From Mobula hypostoma (Eukaryota), in contig NC_086108.1 in NCBI RefSeq assembly GCF_963921235.1, forward strand, positions 95,978,001-96,042,000: a DNA stretch of 64,000 nucleotides, in the 5' to 3' direction. Within the stretch, counting starts at the first letter, position 1, and each line of letters opens with the position of its first letter. Positions 48,543-61,334 of the stretch are shown in pieces. The notes under the pieces are model-generated. The model made no database searches, was not told the origin of the DNA, and saw only the letters and a program-made list of their open reading frames with translations. A program made the translations under genes and the position numbers.

Positions 48543-49907
48543 TACACCCTGTGGCCACTTTATTAGTTAACTCCTGTATATTCACGGTCTTCTGCTGCTG
48601 TAGTCCATCCACTCCAAGGTACAACATGCTGTGCATTCAGAGAGACTCCTCAGCACATCACTGTTGTAACATGTGGTTATTTCAGTTATGGTCACCTTCT
48701 TGCAAGCTTGAACTAGTCTGGCCAATCTCCATGGACCTCTTTTATTAAGAGGGCATCTTCACCCACAGAACTACCACTCACTGGATTTTTTTTGGTATGT
48801 TCTTCATACCATTCTCTGTAATCTCTAAGAGACAGTTGTAGGTGAAAATCCCAGGGGATCAGCATTGGGGATGCACAAACTATCCTGTCTGGCACCAACT
48901 ATCATTCCATGATCAAAGTCACTTAGATCACATTTCTTTCCCCATTTTTATGTTTGCTCTGAACAACAACTGAACCTCGACCATACCTGCATGTTTTCAT
49001 ACTTTTGAGTTGCTGCCACATGATAAGTTGACTTGATATTGGACGCATCAGCAAGGGAGATGAGGCTGAGTACAGGGCTACGGTAGGAAACTTTGTCACA
49101 TGATGTGAGCAGAATTATCTGCAGCTTAATGTGAAAAAGACAAAGGAGCTGGTGGTAGACCTGAGGAGAGCTAAGGTACCAATGACCCGTTTCCATCCAG
49201 GGGGTCAGTGTGGACATGGTGGACGATTACAAATGCCTGGGGATACGTATTGACAATAAACTGGACTGGTCTAAGAACACTGAGGCTGTCTACAAGAAGG
49301 GTCAGAGCCATCTCTATTTCCTGAGGAGACTAACATCTGCCGGACGATGCTGAGGATGTTCTACGAGTCTGTGGTGGCCAGTGCAATCATGTTTGCTGTT
49401 GTGTGCTGGGGCAGCAGGCTGAGGGTAGCAGACACCAACAGAATCAACAAACTCATTCGTAAGGCCAGTGATGTTATGGGGATGGAACTGGACTCTCTCA
49501 CGGTGGTGTCTGAAAAGAGGATGCTGTCTAAGTTGCATGCCATCTTGGTCAATGTCTCCCATCCACTACATAAAGTACTGAGTTGGCACAGGAGTACATT
49601 CAGCCAGAGACTCATTCCACTGAGATGCAGCACAGAGCATCATAGGAAGTCATTCCTGCCTGTGGCCATCAAACTTTACAACTCCTCCCTTGGAGGGTCA
49701 GACACCCTGAGCCGATAGGCTGGTCCTGGACTTATTTCATAATTTACTGGCATAATTTACATATTACTATTTAACTATTTATTACTATTTTTCTATTACT
49801 ATTTATTATTTCCATGACTATTACTATTTACTAATAGTAGTATTACTATTACTATGACTATTTGCATTAACAAGCAGGTGTACCTGATAGTGACCAGTGA
49901 GTATATA
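48543..49907. mobile_element. Tc1/mariner-like MITE interrupted by a Rex1 insertion
   Basis: Left TIR tacaccctgtggccactttattag; degenerate right TIR gtacctgatagtgaccagtgagtata. Confidence 0.75.
49041..49858 (+). mobile_element. 5'-truncated Rex1/Babar LINE, different subfamily from 35055
   Basis: LNVKKTKELVVD-like DNA, ORF 49347..49718 (FYESVVASAIMFAVVCWG, HPLH, SFLPVAIKLYN); (tattac)n tail. Confidence 0.9.
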
Positions 49908-50098
49908 TCCAAGGAAAAGGAGTTTCTTAAAACAATATGCTAAGTCTACCCATTATTAATGACAATGACCTCCTCAATGATAAGATACTATCAGGTAAGT
50001 GGACAGCAACATTTGCATTGTACAAGCAGCAGATAATTAGCACCTCTAACAATAAGGTTCTGCCACGTTGTTGGCAGACACTCACGTACATTCTATGT

Positions 50099-50175
50099 CA
50101 GGGGTTCCCAACCTGAGGAACATGCACCCCTCAGTTAATGGTAAGGTCCGTAACAAAGAACGTTGAGAATCCCTG
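50099..50175. mobile_element. 77-bp hAT-type MITE
   Basis: CAGGGGTTCCCAAC ... GTTGAGAATCCCTG; TTCTATGT at 50091-50098 and again at 50177-50184. Confidence 0.7.
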
Positions 50176-51455
50176 TTTCTATGTAATTATTCGGATAGCA
50201 CCAATTCACCAAACCATTAACCTCTGAGACTTCTAAAAATACTGCTTAACTGCACAGAGGCCTTGCTTAATCTAGAAACTGAAAAGCACACTGATGACAT
50301 GGCAGGAGCACAACCATGTTGCATCTGTTCCTCTGACATAGTGAGGAAATTTCAATCAAAGGGTGTTCAGCTAGTAGGGTGGGAGAAGAATGAATAGGAT
50401 ATGAAGAGCATCTCCGATAGGTCCAAGCGGAGAATATCAGGGAAGCAAGATATGAATGAAACCATGACAGAAAGAGAGGGAGACAGAGACAGATAGGTCG
50501 AATGGGAGTAGGATAGTGAATTAAGTATTTTATAGGTCCCCTCTTTTTCAAATTTCCATCAAGAGCCTCATCTTAATCATTATCCTTTAGCTCTCCATCC
50601 TTGTAAACTACCAGTACATCTCCAACCTAGTTGCACACATGGCACTGCGGAGAACTCTGCCTGGCTTTAACCAAGGCTCAAAATATGAATCCTCTGACAT
50701 AAAAAAAAATTGCTATTGCATTGCTGCTATAACGCAGAACAGATCAATATCAATGCACTGGAGATGAAGCTAACCGAAAGTGCAGGTACTGTACTCTCAA
50801 TCTGCTTTCTTCTTTTGATGGAGTCTACACCATTCTCCTTCAAAATTTTTCCATGATGATCCTTGTGGATGGGATGACTCTTGCTTGGTTCTGTTATTTA
50901 TCCAGTCACAGTCAGAGAATGATTAGCTACTGCTCAGCTTCCCCTGTAGTCTCTCCTCATACCTGGTCTCGCACACATGCTTATAATGCAGTTATCCAGA
51001 CTCTAAAACTCTAAACATTACCAACAAATGTTTTTCAGTATCAATGTCACAGTTAGAACCAGAGAACACATTTGGACAGGATCATGAAAAAGCACCCATC
51101 TCTTTTTATTGAAATAAGACTCTCTTCCTCATGAGCTAGCACCATGGCACCAAGGTCCAAGTTTACAGTACTGACACCTGGACATTAGGGAGTAGGATGG
51201 GAGCAGGGAGTGGGGAATCATGGCTGGAAACAGTGGAAGACAGCAGAGGGAGTGGGAAGCACCAGTGACATTCTGTAATGGTTAATAAATCTTGCCTCAT
51301 GACTCAGAGCTGGGTGTGTCTGCACTCAAACCACCCCCCGCACCTAGCACTACCATCTGTCCCACACCCCTCCCGCGGCTCTCTACCCTCGCCATTCCCA
51401 ACATTCTTTGCTCCCACCAGATGTACAAACTCTCTCTCCATTCCACATTGACAAA

Positions 51456-51526
51456 TACAGTATTGTGCAAAATTCTTAGGCACACTAGTTGTATAAATGT
51501 GCCTAAGACTTTTGCACTGTACTGTA
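51456..51526. repeat. 29-bp inverted repeat with 13-nt spacer (Tc1-like micro-MITE) at the end of a larger interspersed repeat (about 51140-51455)
   Basis: TACAGTATTGTGCAAAATTCTTAGGCACA / TGTGCCTAAGACTTTTGCACTGTACTGTA, 3 mismatches, TA at both ends. Confidence 0.8.
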
Positions 51527-52099
51527 TATTGGAGATCAGTTTACATTTTCTTAATTTATGTGTTACCAACAGTAGGATTCTAAAAGTTTATTAACTTTGA
51601 TATACAGTACTTTAAATATATCTTTACTACCTCAATACTTGCACAAACTTACTCAAGCTTTGAATGGTACTTAGCAACTTCTTTTAAACATCTCTTACTT
51701 AACCTTTAGATTGTTTTTTTGGTCCATTGGTCCAATTTCCTCAAGTTTCAGTCTGTCTGCTACAGTGTCTCCACCCACTCTCCCAAAGTGCTCCAATTCC
51801 ACAAAATACATGTCAAAAATAAAGAGAAAACTAAAGTCCTTTAGTTCCAAAGGAACATTTGATGAAGGAATAAAAGAAATGTATGGACATACCTTGGAGA
51901 AAAGCAGACATAGAGGGAAAAAAGTCACAATTTCAAAGTTTTTGACTCAATTTTAGCCAGATTGTATAGGATAAGCAGTATACAAAACCCAACAGGAAAT
52001 ATAGAGGATGAACTATCACATAAAATGAACAATAAACCACAACCTTGAAGTTTTATTCAGTATTTCAGATTTGGGCAGAGGGAGATGTAATTAACTTAC

Positions 52100-52453
52100 T
52101 TTCACAGCACTAAGGTCCATGGGGTGTTTAATGACATTATGGTAATCATGAAGTCCCAATGCCTCAGCATCCACAGGTTCATAGAAAGGCCAAGCATATG
52201 CAACATGCTTCTTTGCAAACATTTCTTTGAGTATATTATTACAGTCTTGTAAATGTTCCATTATTTTTTCTTTTTTTCCAGCTTGGTGCTGTTGAGAATC
52301 TGGTAACTCCTTTGTACGTGACTTGATGGACTGACTGGTTACCTTCTGGGAACAGATTTTTGTAGGCTTTCTTGGCAAGGATTTGCTACTTGTATTAGAA
52401 AATGAAGCAGTGGGTGTAGTAGTATCTGCCTTCCTTTTTACACCTTTCTTTAC
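52100..52453 (-). CDS. BRDT: BET/BRDT coding exon: motif A ([12 protein letters not shown]) and N-terminal half of bromodomain 2
   Basis: tttttgtttaag|GTA acceptor, AAA|GTAAGT donor, 354 nt (118 codons); encodes [38 protein letters not shown] (WPF shelf, ZA loop). Confidence 0.95.
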
Positions 52454-52699
52454 CTTAAACAAAAATAGTCTTTTAAAGTGGGTTACAACTTTGAAAATGA
52501 AGTACACAATATCGGAAGAGGAAAACCTAAGCAATAAATTAACTACTTGGCTATATGAACATTACTTCAAATACTTGACAAAACAACAATGAACAAAAGA
52601 ATGTATTTACAGCCATTCTTTTGTAATTAATAGCAAAATATCCTCAGATCAGTTAAGCTGCATTTGATCTGAATCGTTTCATAGAGCAAGTTCAATATT

Positions 52700-53080
52700 A
52701 TCACTATGTGCCATGTCGTATGACGTAGGCAATCATAGTCCATGACCATAATTGTTTTTAGTAATTTTTTCCTCCAGAAGTGGTTTGCCATTGCCTTCTT
52801 CTGGGCAGTGTTTTTACATGACGGGTGACCCCAGCCATTACCTATACTCTTCAGAGATTGTCTGCCTGGTTGCACAACCAGGACTGGTGATATGCACCAG
52901 CTGCTCATACGACTATCCACCACTTGCTCCTATGGCTTCACGTGATCCTGATTGGGAGGGGGGAGTGGGAGGTGTGCGAAACAGCTGCTACACCTTGCCC
53001 AAGGGTGGACCTGCAGACAAGCAGAGGGAAGGAGCACCTTGCACCTCCTCTGGTAGAGATGCATCTCCATCCCACCACCC
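52700..53080 (-). mobile_element. RTE-related SINE-like element
   Basis: agaagtggtttgccattgccttctt resembles the reverse of RTE/BovB-type 3' ends. Confidence 0.6.
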
Positions 53081-53502
53081 AATATATATCTTTTAAAAAC
53101 CCATGTGTTGGAAGCCTGAAATAAAAACAGAATGTGCTGGAATTGCTTAGCAAGTTAGGCAACATTTGAGAAACAGAGTTAAATGTTTCTGATCAATAAC
53201 CTGATGCAATTTCTGATGAAGTCACTGACCTGGAATGTTAACACTACTCTTCTCCACAGAATGCCATCATCCTGTTTTATATTTATCGCACTCTGCTTTA
53301 AATCCAATTTATAGTTTGACAAAGTGTTAGGCATGCAATCCCACATTATGGAGGGGTTAACTTCTTAGAAGCCTAAGCATATCATGGCTATTTCCCAATG
53401 AACCCTGTATTATAAGTGGAGATGGGTTTCTATGGGATATTTCTCTTTCAAAAATATTAGTAGTAGCACAGCTGCTGGTTCATAGCTGAGGTGCCACTTA
53501 AA

Positions 53503-53950
53503 ACAAACAAGAGATTTTGCAGATGCTGGAAGTCTTCAGCAACACTCACAAAGTACTGGAGGAACTCAGCTAGTCAGGCAGCATCTGTAGAGGGGAATAA
53601 ATAGTTGACTTTTTTGGCCAAGGCCCTTCATCAGGACTGGAAAGAAAGGGGGTAGAAGCAAGGACAAGATGGGAGAGAGGAAGGAGTGCAAGCTGGCAGG
53701 TAATAGGTGAAACTAGGTGAGAGAAAAGGTGAGGGGAAATGAACTAAGAAGCTGGGAGAGGATAGGTGGAAGAAGTAAAGAGTGGTACAGGACATCTAAT
53801 GGAAGACAGTCGTTCATGGAAGGGAAGGAGGCAGAGAACCAGAGGGAAGTGATAAGCAAGTGGGAAGAGAGGGGGTGAGAGGGGAGCCAGAATAGGAAAT
53901 AGTCATGTTCATGCCATCAGGTTTGGAGGCTACCCAGATAGAATGAGGTA
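53503..53950 (-). mobile_element. Penelope-like pseudo-LTR fragment with decayed hammerhead
   Basis: aacaagagattttgcagatgctgg terminus; minus strand cagtcCTGATGAagggccttggcc. Confidence 0.8.
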
Positions 53951-54176
53951 TGACTTCTCATGCTACCTGCTCCCCTTTCCCAATCTTCATTTCAGCTGAC
54001 TTCTCAACTAAATTAATATATCTTAACTTCTGCATTTATTTCATAAAACTGCTATCACATTCCCTTCTTGCTTCAGAGCTCCAAGTTTGTAAATACTGAA
54101 TGACTTAACAGTTTTCAACAATAACAAGCAACAAATCTTTTGAAATCTTTTAAAATTCCAAAACAGGAGCACTTAC

Positions 54177-54376
54177 TTTTGTAACAGGTTGGCTTGCTGA
54201 AATTAGAGGTCGAATTGGAGTAACTGGTAGCAATGTTGTTTTTGTCCCGGTTGATATTACTGGTTTCTGAACTGTAGCTTCAGAAGCAGGTGGACATAAC
54301 TTTGATTGTACAGTTGAGGACACTGTGGGCAGCAAACAGATAGCACCACTAACTCGTAGTACAGTAATATCAATAT
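54177..54376 (-). CDS. BRDT: BET/BRDT coding exon, BD1-BD2 linker (...PVTPIRPLISASQPVTK)
   Basis: Open Pro/Ser/Thr-rich frame ending ACA AAA|GTAAGT (donor at 54176-54171), phase 0, joining the next exon as [18 protein letters not shown]. Acceptor uncertain (acag|AT at 54376 preferred; 54381 possible). Confidence 0.7.
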
Positions 54377-54614
54377 CTGTCCTATAATTACCTTCCATGT
54401 TACAATTCATGACCCATGTAAGACAATTATTGCCAGATAAACTAAAACTAGGACTTTTCCTAAGCTAGTAATTTTATTAAAATAATAGTTTCAGATATAA
54501 ATATATTGCCAATTATTTTATATTAACCCCACATCTATTAAAATATATTTGCATACAACTAGGCATTCAAACCCTTAATTCCCCCATCAAATTTAAAGCA
54601 GTCATGGCATTTAT

Positions 54615-55075
54615 ATTGGTTTATTATTGTCATATGTACCAAGATACAGTTTGCATACAGCTTATATAGATCAAATCATTGCACAGTGCATTAAGGTAAA
54701 ACAATAACAATGCAGAATAGGATGCAAAAACTACCAAAAAAGTGCACTGTAGGTAAATGATAAAGTGTAAGATCATAACCGGGTAGATTGTGAGGCCAAG
54801 AATCCATCTTATTATACAAGAAGACTGTTCAATAGTCTGATAATGGTGTGATAGAGCTGTCCTTGACCTTTCAGGCTTTTATATCTTTTGCCTAATGGGA
54901 GAAGGGAGAAGAGAGAAGAGGGAACATCCAGGGTAGGTTGGGTCTTTGATTATGCTGCCTATTTTACAGAGACAGAAACCATAGGGGGAAACTGGTTCCT
55001 GTGATGTGCCGAGCTGTGGCCACAATTACACAATTTCTTGCTGTCATGCGTAGAGCATATTATCAAACCAAGTCA
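54615..55075 (-). mobile_element. Rex1-like LINE 3' fragment
   Basis: ggtttattattgtcatatgtaccaagatacagt tail and degenerate body. Confidence 0.6.
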
Positions 55076-57640
55076 TTCTGAAACCAGACTTTTCTACAAA
55101 AAGAGACATTTGCAAACAGTGTGGGAAATCCTTTTAGGCACCTTTGGCCAAGAAAATTGCACATTGATTATAATCTAAGTAGTCTTCCCATTTATATTGC
55201 ATAATTCTCAATTCTGATTGAATAACAATCATGGGTTAACAAATATCTAAAATTAGAAAGTTCTCAGAATGCTTTTCAATGTAATATATAGTAATAGTAG
55301 TGCAAAAATTAGATGTTAGTGTGGCATTTGGGCTAAGTTGTCTTCAACTCCACAATCTCTTGCCCACAACAGGCCAAGAAAAGGACACAAATCCGAGATA
55401 AGTGCAATAATTATCCAATCGTACACAAAAAAATGATCATGCTAAAGATAAAATATTATGAGCAATTTAGGGCTTGTTGTAATTTAAAACCACATACATA
55501 AGTACACCAACAAAATTGAGAAAATAAAAGGCTAACATAATCATAACTTATTGGAGAAAGCTATAAAAAGAATGATTCTGAAGTGAAACTTAATCATATG
55601 GGAGTTGTGAGAATCAATAAGATGCATTAAATGAGAAGTCATGTTAAGATCACAAGGGAAAACGGAATAGAAAGAGGAAGAGATAAAGTAGGACTAAAAA
55701 TTTTTAAAAAGCACCTCTAGACCTTAGATACCAGCATAGATCAGTCAGGCCTATGACGTGCTTTGTGTGCTCTATTTTTTAGTTCTCACGTACATATAGC
55801 AGAAAACAACAAGAGACGACCTCTTGCATGCCACAGTTCCTGAGGAGGTAATTGGATTGACTGGAGGGAGGAGGAGTTTAAAAGAAGCGAGCCGGGGGGG
55901 GGGGGGGTAGCCGGTGCATTTTTGGTGTGCCACTGTTCCCAAGGGGGGGCATTAGATTGTGCATAATTAGAAACTTGACAAGATGGAATAAAAGTTAGGT
56001 TTAAGCAGAGATGCCATTGTGTGAGTGGGCCAGTGTTAGAGTGGGGAGTTGAGGCTTTGATGAGGACACGCATAGGCCATAGGCAGATTTTTTCTTCATT
56101 ATTTATTCTTTAATTCTTATTGCACATTTAGGGCAGTGAGGATGCCAAGCAGGATAGTGAAATGCTCCTCTTGTGGGATGTGGGAAGGCAGAGAGACCTC
56201 CAGGCCCTGATGACTACACCTACAAAAAGTGCATCTAGCTGCAGCTTCTAACAGACCGTATTAAGGAGTTGGAACTGGAACTGCATGAACTCCAGATCAT
56301 CTGGGAGACTGAGGGTTTGGTAGACAGGATATACAAGGAAGTAGTTACACCTAAGGTGCAAATCACAGGGTGACCATCAGGAAGGGGAAAGGGTACAGAC
56401 AGCCAGTGCATAATACCCCGTGGCTGTTCCTCTCAGCAATGGGAATACTGCTTTGGATACTGTGGGGGTGGTGGGGTGTAGGAAATTACCTAGCAGAGGA
56501 AATCCACAGCAGTCAGGTCTCTAGCACTGAGTCTGCGTCTGTGGCTCGGTGGGGGGGGTTTGGGTGGTGGTGAAGAGATGTGCTGTAGTGATAGGAGACT
56601 TGTTGGTTTGGGAAACGGAAAGGAGGTTCTGTGGGTGAGAACAAGTTTCCCAGATGGAATGTTGCCTCTCGGGTGCCAGGGTCAGGGACATCTCTGATCA
56701 ACTTATCAGCATTCTTAAGTGAAAGGGTGAACAACCAGAGGTCAAGATCCACAATGGAACTAATGACATGGGTGGGAGGGGTGATGAGTTCCTACAGAGT
56801 GAGTTCAGGGAGTTAGGTGCTAAGTTAAAGGACAGGAACTCCAGGGTTGTGATCTCAGGATTGCTACCCATGCCATGCCAGTGAGGCTAGAAATAGGAAG
56901 ATCATACAATTTAAGGAGAAGCAGGAGGAGGGAGGGCTTCAGATTGTTGGATCATTGGATCCAGGGAAGATGGGATCTGAACAGAAGGGTCAGTTTGCAT
57001 CTGAACTGGAGGGGGACTAATATCCTAACAGGAAACAAAAGGTTAAGTATGGTGGGATAGATGTCCTTAGCTGCATATATTTCAATGCAAGGAATATTGT
57101 AGGAAAGGCAGATGAGCTTAGCACCTGGATCACCATGCGATATTATGACGGTTGCAGGAGGGGCAGGGCTGGCAGCTCAATGTTCTGGGCTTACATTGCT
57201 CTAGATGTGATAGAGCAGGAGGAATTAAAGGGGGAGGGGGTTGCATTACTAATCAACAAGAGAGTGTGCAATACTTGATCCCCTATTAAGGAATGAGACG
57301 GGGCATGTGACAAAATTTTGCTTAGGGGAATACTTTGCATATAGTGATCATAATGTCATTACTTTCAAGGTTAATTATGGAAAAGGGTAGGTCAGGTCCT
57401 CGGGTTGAGATTCTAAATTGGAGAAAGGCCGATTCTGATGGTATCAGAAAGGATCTGGCAAGTGTGGATTGGGAGAGGTTGTTTTCTGCCAAAGCTGTAC
57501 TTGGTAAGTGGGAGACCTTCAAAAGTGAAATTTTGAGAATACGTAGTTTATATGTTCCTGTCAGAATAAAAGGCAAGGATAACAGGTTTAGGGAACCTTG
57601 GTTTTTGAGAGATATTGAGGTTTTGGTTAAAAAAAAGTAG

Positions 57641-58216
57641 TAGGCAGCTGTCAATCCCAGGGGATCATGGGTTTCCGCCTCTGGTGGACTGTGTCCTTTG
57701 CAGGCCGCAAGCCTGGGCGGGAACATTTGAAGAACCAGCTGTTGTCCGTGCAGTGAGTTCCCCCTCTCCACGTCACTGATGTAGTCCAAGGGAAGGGCAA
57801 GTGCCAATACAGCTTGGCACCAGTGTCATCGCAGAGGCTGCCAGAGTGAAGTTGTAAACATCATCAAACTGCCTTTGGGACCCCAGCTCCGGATATTTTC
57901 CCTCAGGATTTACTCCTGAAGCCTTTCCCATGGGTGGGTATGGCCACAAGGCAGTGGGGGTTTAAAAATCAGAGTTTTCCTTCTCCTGGGCGGGCTGCCG
58001 TCCAAGGCTGATGAGCCCCACCTGCCCGAAGCAACTGGTTTTGAGGTGCCAGTGGTCCGTCTTTGCCCCTTCTCTTGTCAGTAGAAATAGTTCCACCGGG
58101 CCTAGTAGCTAAGCCACACGTGAAGGCCAAGAGTTGGACTTGGTTGTCAGAGGCTGTTAGAGTCATGTCATTTGGAGCACTTAGGTACTGGGAGCTTATT
58201 CGCACTACCACTCCCA
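57641..58216 (-). mobile_element. RTE-like non-autonomous element nested in CR1
   Basis: Shares tccaagggaagggca...cagcttggcaccagtgtcatcgcagag with the SINEs at 12248 and 13214; flanked by gttaaaaaaaa / gttaagaaaaa. Confidence 0.65.
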
Positions 58217-58319
58217 GTTAAGAAAAATAAAGCAGGTATAGGCATGTCAGAACAAATGAGGTATGAGGAATACAAGAAATGCATGAGAACACTTAAGAAA
58301 ATCAGGACAGTTAAAAGAA

Positions 58320-59418
58320 TAATATATTTATAGAGCACTTTTCCTACAGATGATGTAGTTCAAAGTGCTTTACAATGGAATAAAAGTACAAATAAGAAAA
58401 TAAAAAAAAAGGACAAAAAGATTTTAGTTAAAAGGTTAAAGAAAACTCAGTAGGTTTTGATCTGTTTAAAAGCATCAACTGAGTCTGCATCCCTTGTAGT
58501 TTTAGGTGTTGAATTCCACAGTTTAAGAGGGTAGTTCAAAGAAGCTGACCTGCCAATTATCTTTTCAGGGAGATTAAATTTAGAGACCAATGGATGAATA
58601 CTTGAGAGCTCGAGTAGGATTACAAAAGGAAAACAGTTCTGTAATGTACTCCAGACCCAGACCACTAAGAGCTTTAAAAACAAGTAAGAGAACTTTAAAA
58701 TCAATTTTTAAAGATACAGGAAGCCAATGCAGTGTAGTAATACAGGAGTGATATGCTCCCTCACCCTAATTTTGGTTACAAGTCTAGCAGTAGCATTCTG
58801 GATGAGTTGAAGTTGGTCAATAGATTGCTTTGGAAGGCCATTAAAAACTGCACTGCAGTAATCTAGTCTATTCAATATAAAGATGTTAATTAGTTTTTCA
58901 GCATTATTACATAATAGAAACAAATATACCTTTTCAATATTTGTTAAGTGTAGAAATACTACTCTGGTCACTTTCTTTAAGTGAGATTTAAAATTCAAAC
59001 CTGAATCAAGGATAACACCCAAGCAGGTTATTTCTGATTTTACAAGAGCAGTCAATTTCCCAAGTTTATCAAGTAGTTTATCTATTTTGGCTTTGGAACC
59101 AAACAAAAGGATTTCAGTTTTATATTTTCTTTGGAAATTTTTGCTCATCCATTTGGTTATTGCAGAAATACCAGAAGTCAGAAAGGACAGGGTGTTATCA
59201 TATTCAGGCTCATCCAAGATATACAATGATGTGTCGTCTGCATATCTGTGGAAATAGGGTTTATTGAGGAATTGAGATTTTTGCTCCTCATGTATATGAA
59301 GGATGTAAGTAATAAAGTCAATTCAATATACTCTCTAATCATGCCTCCTAAGGGGAGCATGAATAAGGAAAAGAGTAGGGGTCCAAGACACCTTACCTGA
59401 GCAACACCAAAGGGTACA
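58320..59418 (-). mobile_element. L2-clade LINE 3' portion nested in CR1, itself containing a Rex1-type tail at about 59225-59330
   Basis: ORF 58708..59226 (KTEILLFG, LGVILDSGLNF, RLDYCSA, LQLIQNATARLV, HITPVL); tttatagagcactttt...caaagtgctttaca L2 3' end. Confidence 0.85.
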
Positions 59419-61334
59419 TAAGAGGGCATGAGGCTGCTCAGACATGGAGAATGTAAACCCCAGGGGTTTCGACAGATATGTTAAGAGCAAAAGGCAAGGG
59501 ACAGATTGGTCCTCTGGAAGATCAGAGTGGTCATCTATGCACAGAGCAGAAAGAGATGGGGATTTTTTTTTAACATCTGTACTTACTCGGGAGATGGACA
59601 CAGTCTATAGAAATGAGGCAAAGGAGTGAGGTCATGGACCCTATACAAATTACAGAGGAGGAGATATTTGCTGTCTTGAGGCAAATTAGGGTGGATAAAT
59701 CCCTCGGGCCCAAGCAGAGGTACTTAAATCATCCTTAGCCTCGGGTGGTGTGCCGGAGGATTGAAGGAGAGCTGATGTTGTTCAAGAAAGCTCCAAGAAT
59801 AAGCCAGGAAATCATATACAGTGGCGAGCCTGACATCAATAGTGTGCAAGTTATTAGAATGTAATTAAAGGGACTGGATATAAAGTATTTGGATAGACAG
59901 GGACTGATTAGGGTTAGTCAACATAGGTTAGATGCGATCTACGCACACAACCATCTCAAAGCTTTTTTGAGGAAGCTACCAGGGACATTGATAAATTCAA
60001 GGCAGTGGATGTTTTCTACAAGGACTTTAGCAAGGTCTTTTGACAAGGTCCTGTAAGGGAGATTGGTCAAGAAGGTTCAGTCACTTGGCACAGTAGTAAA
60101 TTGCATCAGGCATTGGCTTTGAGGGAGAAGCCAGAAAGTGGTTGCCTTGCTGACTGGAGGCCTGTGACTAGTGCTGTGCCGCAGGGATCGGTGCTGGGTC
60201 CATCGATGCTTGACATCTATATCAATAAACTGGATGATAATGTGGTGAACTAGATCAGCAATTTTGGTCCCGGTGCAGGTTGATGGGACGAAGCAGATTA
60301 ATAGTTTGGCACGGACTAGATCAGTGAAATGGCCTGTTTCTGACTGATAGTGTCCTATGACTCTACCAGTGGTTTAAACCAAGGTCATTTCTATTCACTG
60401 ACATGGAAAGTTAAGTCGGGTATCTATGTATTGGAACTCTTGCAACGTTTAGGAAATAAACATTTGAAAGAGACCAAGGATAATGGAAAGAAAGAAATTT
60501 GGATTAATTTTGCAAGATTAAAGTCAATCTTCATTATCCATTCACTCACAAGGACACCCTCAGATCCCCATGTTGAAATTTCTTAAAGCCATCAAAAAGA
60601 TTTGTAACACCTTGAAAAGAGCAATACATTTTTTGACATGGGCGGGTGATAATAAATCTGGTTCTGATTCTGAAAATGCATGCTGATCATGTGTGAGCAT
60701 CTGCATTGCACTATTTCATCATCTGTCTCAGTAAGCACTGGGTGAACCTTGCATTCAAAATTAGCATGTTGGTCTATGTTTTGGTATTTTTAACAAGTGA
60801 ACCACTGAAAATATAAAAAAGGGTGCTGATATAAGTTTAAACAGTGGAAATCTTAGATAAACTAGCTAGTGGCTAAAGTGAAGCCATGATCAAAAGGTTG
60901 TGTATGGTTAATGAGTCAACCATTCATTTACTCAATTCTAAAGCAAAAGAAACTCTTTTAGCTTTTAGAGATCATAAAAGCCATATTGTGGAAAAACTAA
61001 GGTGAAAATGGAAAGAGATACAGGTTTGTGAATAGAGGGCATTAAGTAAGAATATTTTCCTGTTGATCTTGCATTCAAGCAAGTTTACAGAATTGCACGG
61101 AGACAGTATGGAGCTGGTGATAAGCAAAAATGAACAGAGCTAGCAGCAAATGGTTCAATCATTTCACAAAGCTTTTAAAGCTGCATAATGCAGTATATGA
61201 AGTGAAGCAGTTGGGCAGCTGGTGAAGACCATGTTTATTTCATAGTCTGAGAATCCTTTTTAAGGAGCAGAAAGCAAGAACCTGTTGCAAGACAAATCAA
61301 AGGGCTTTGTGGTTTCATAATAAAGATTATAGGT

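Larger units (their letters stand above)
55870..60365 (+). mobile_element. Older, deleted full-length-type CR1 related to the 23330 copy, with nested insertions
   Basis: gatgccaagcaggatagtgaaatgctcctcttgtgggatgtggg matches the 23648 ORF1 start; ORF 57335..57640 matches ORF2; 3' UTR at about 60330-60365. Confidence 0.85.
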
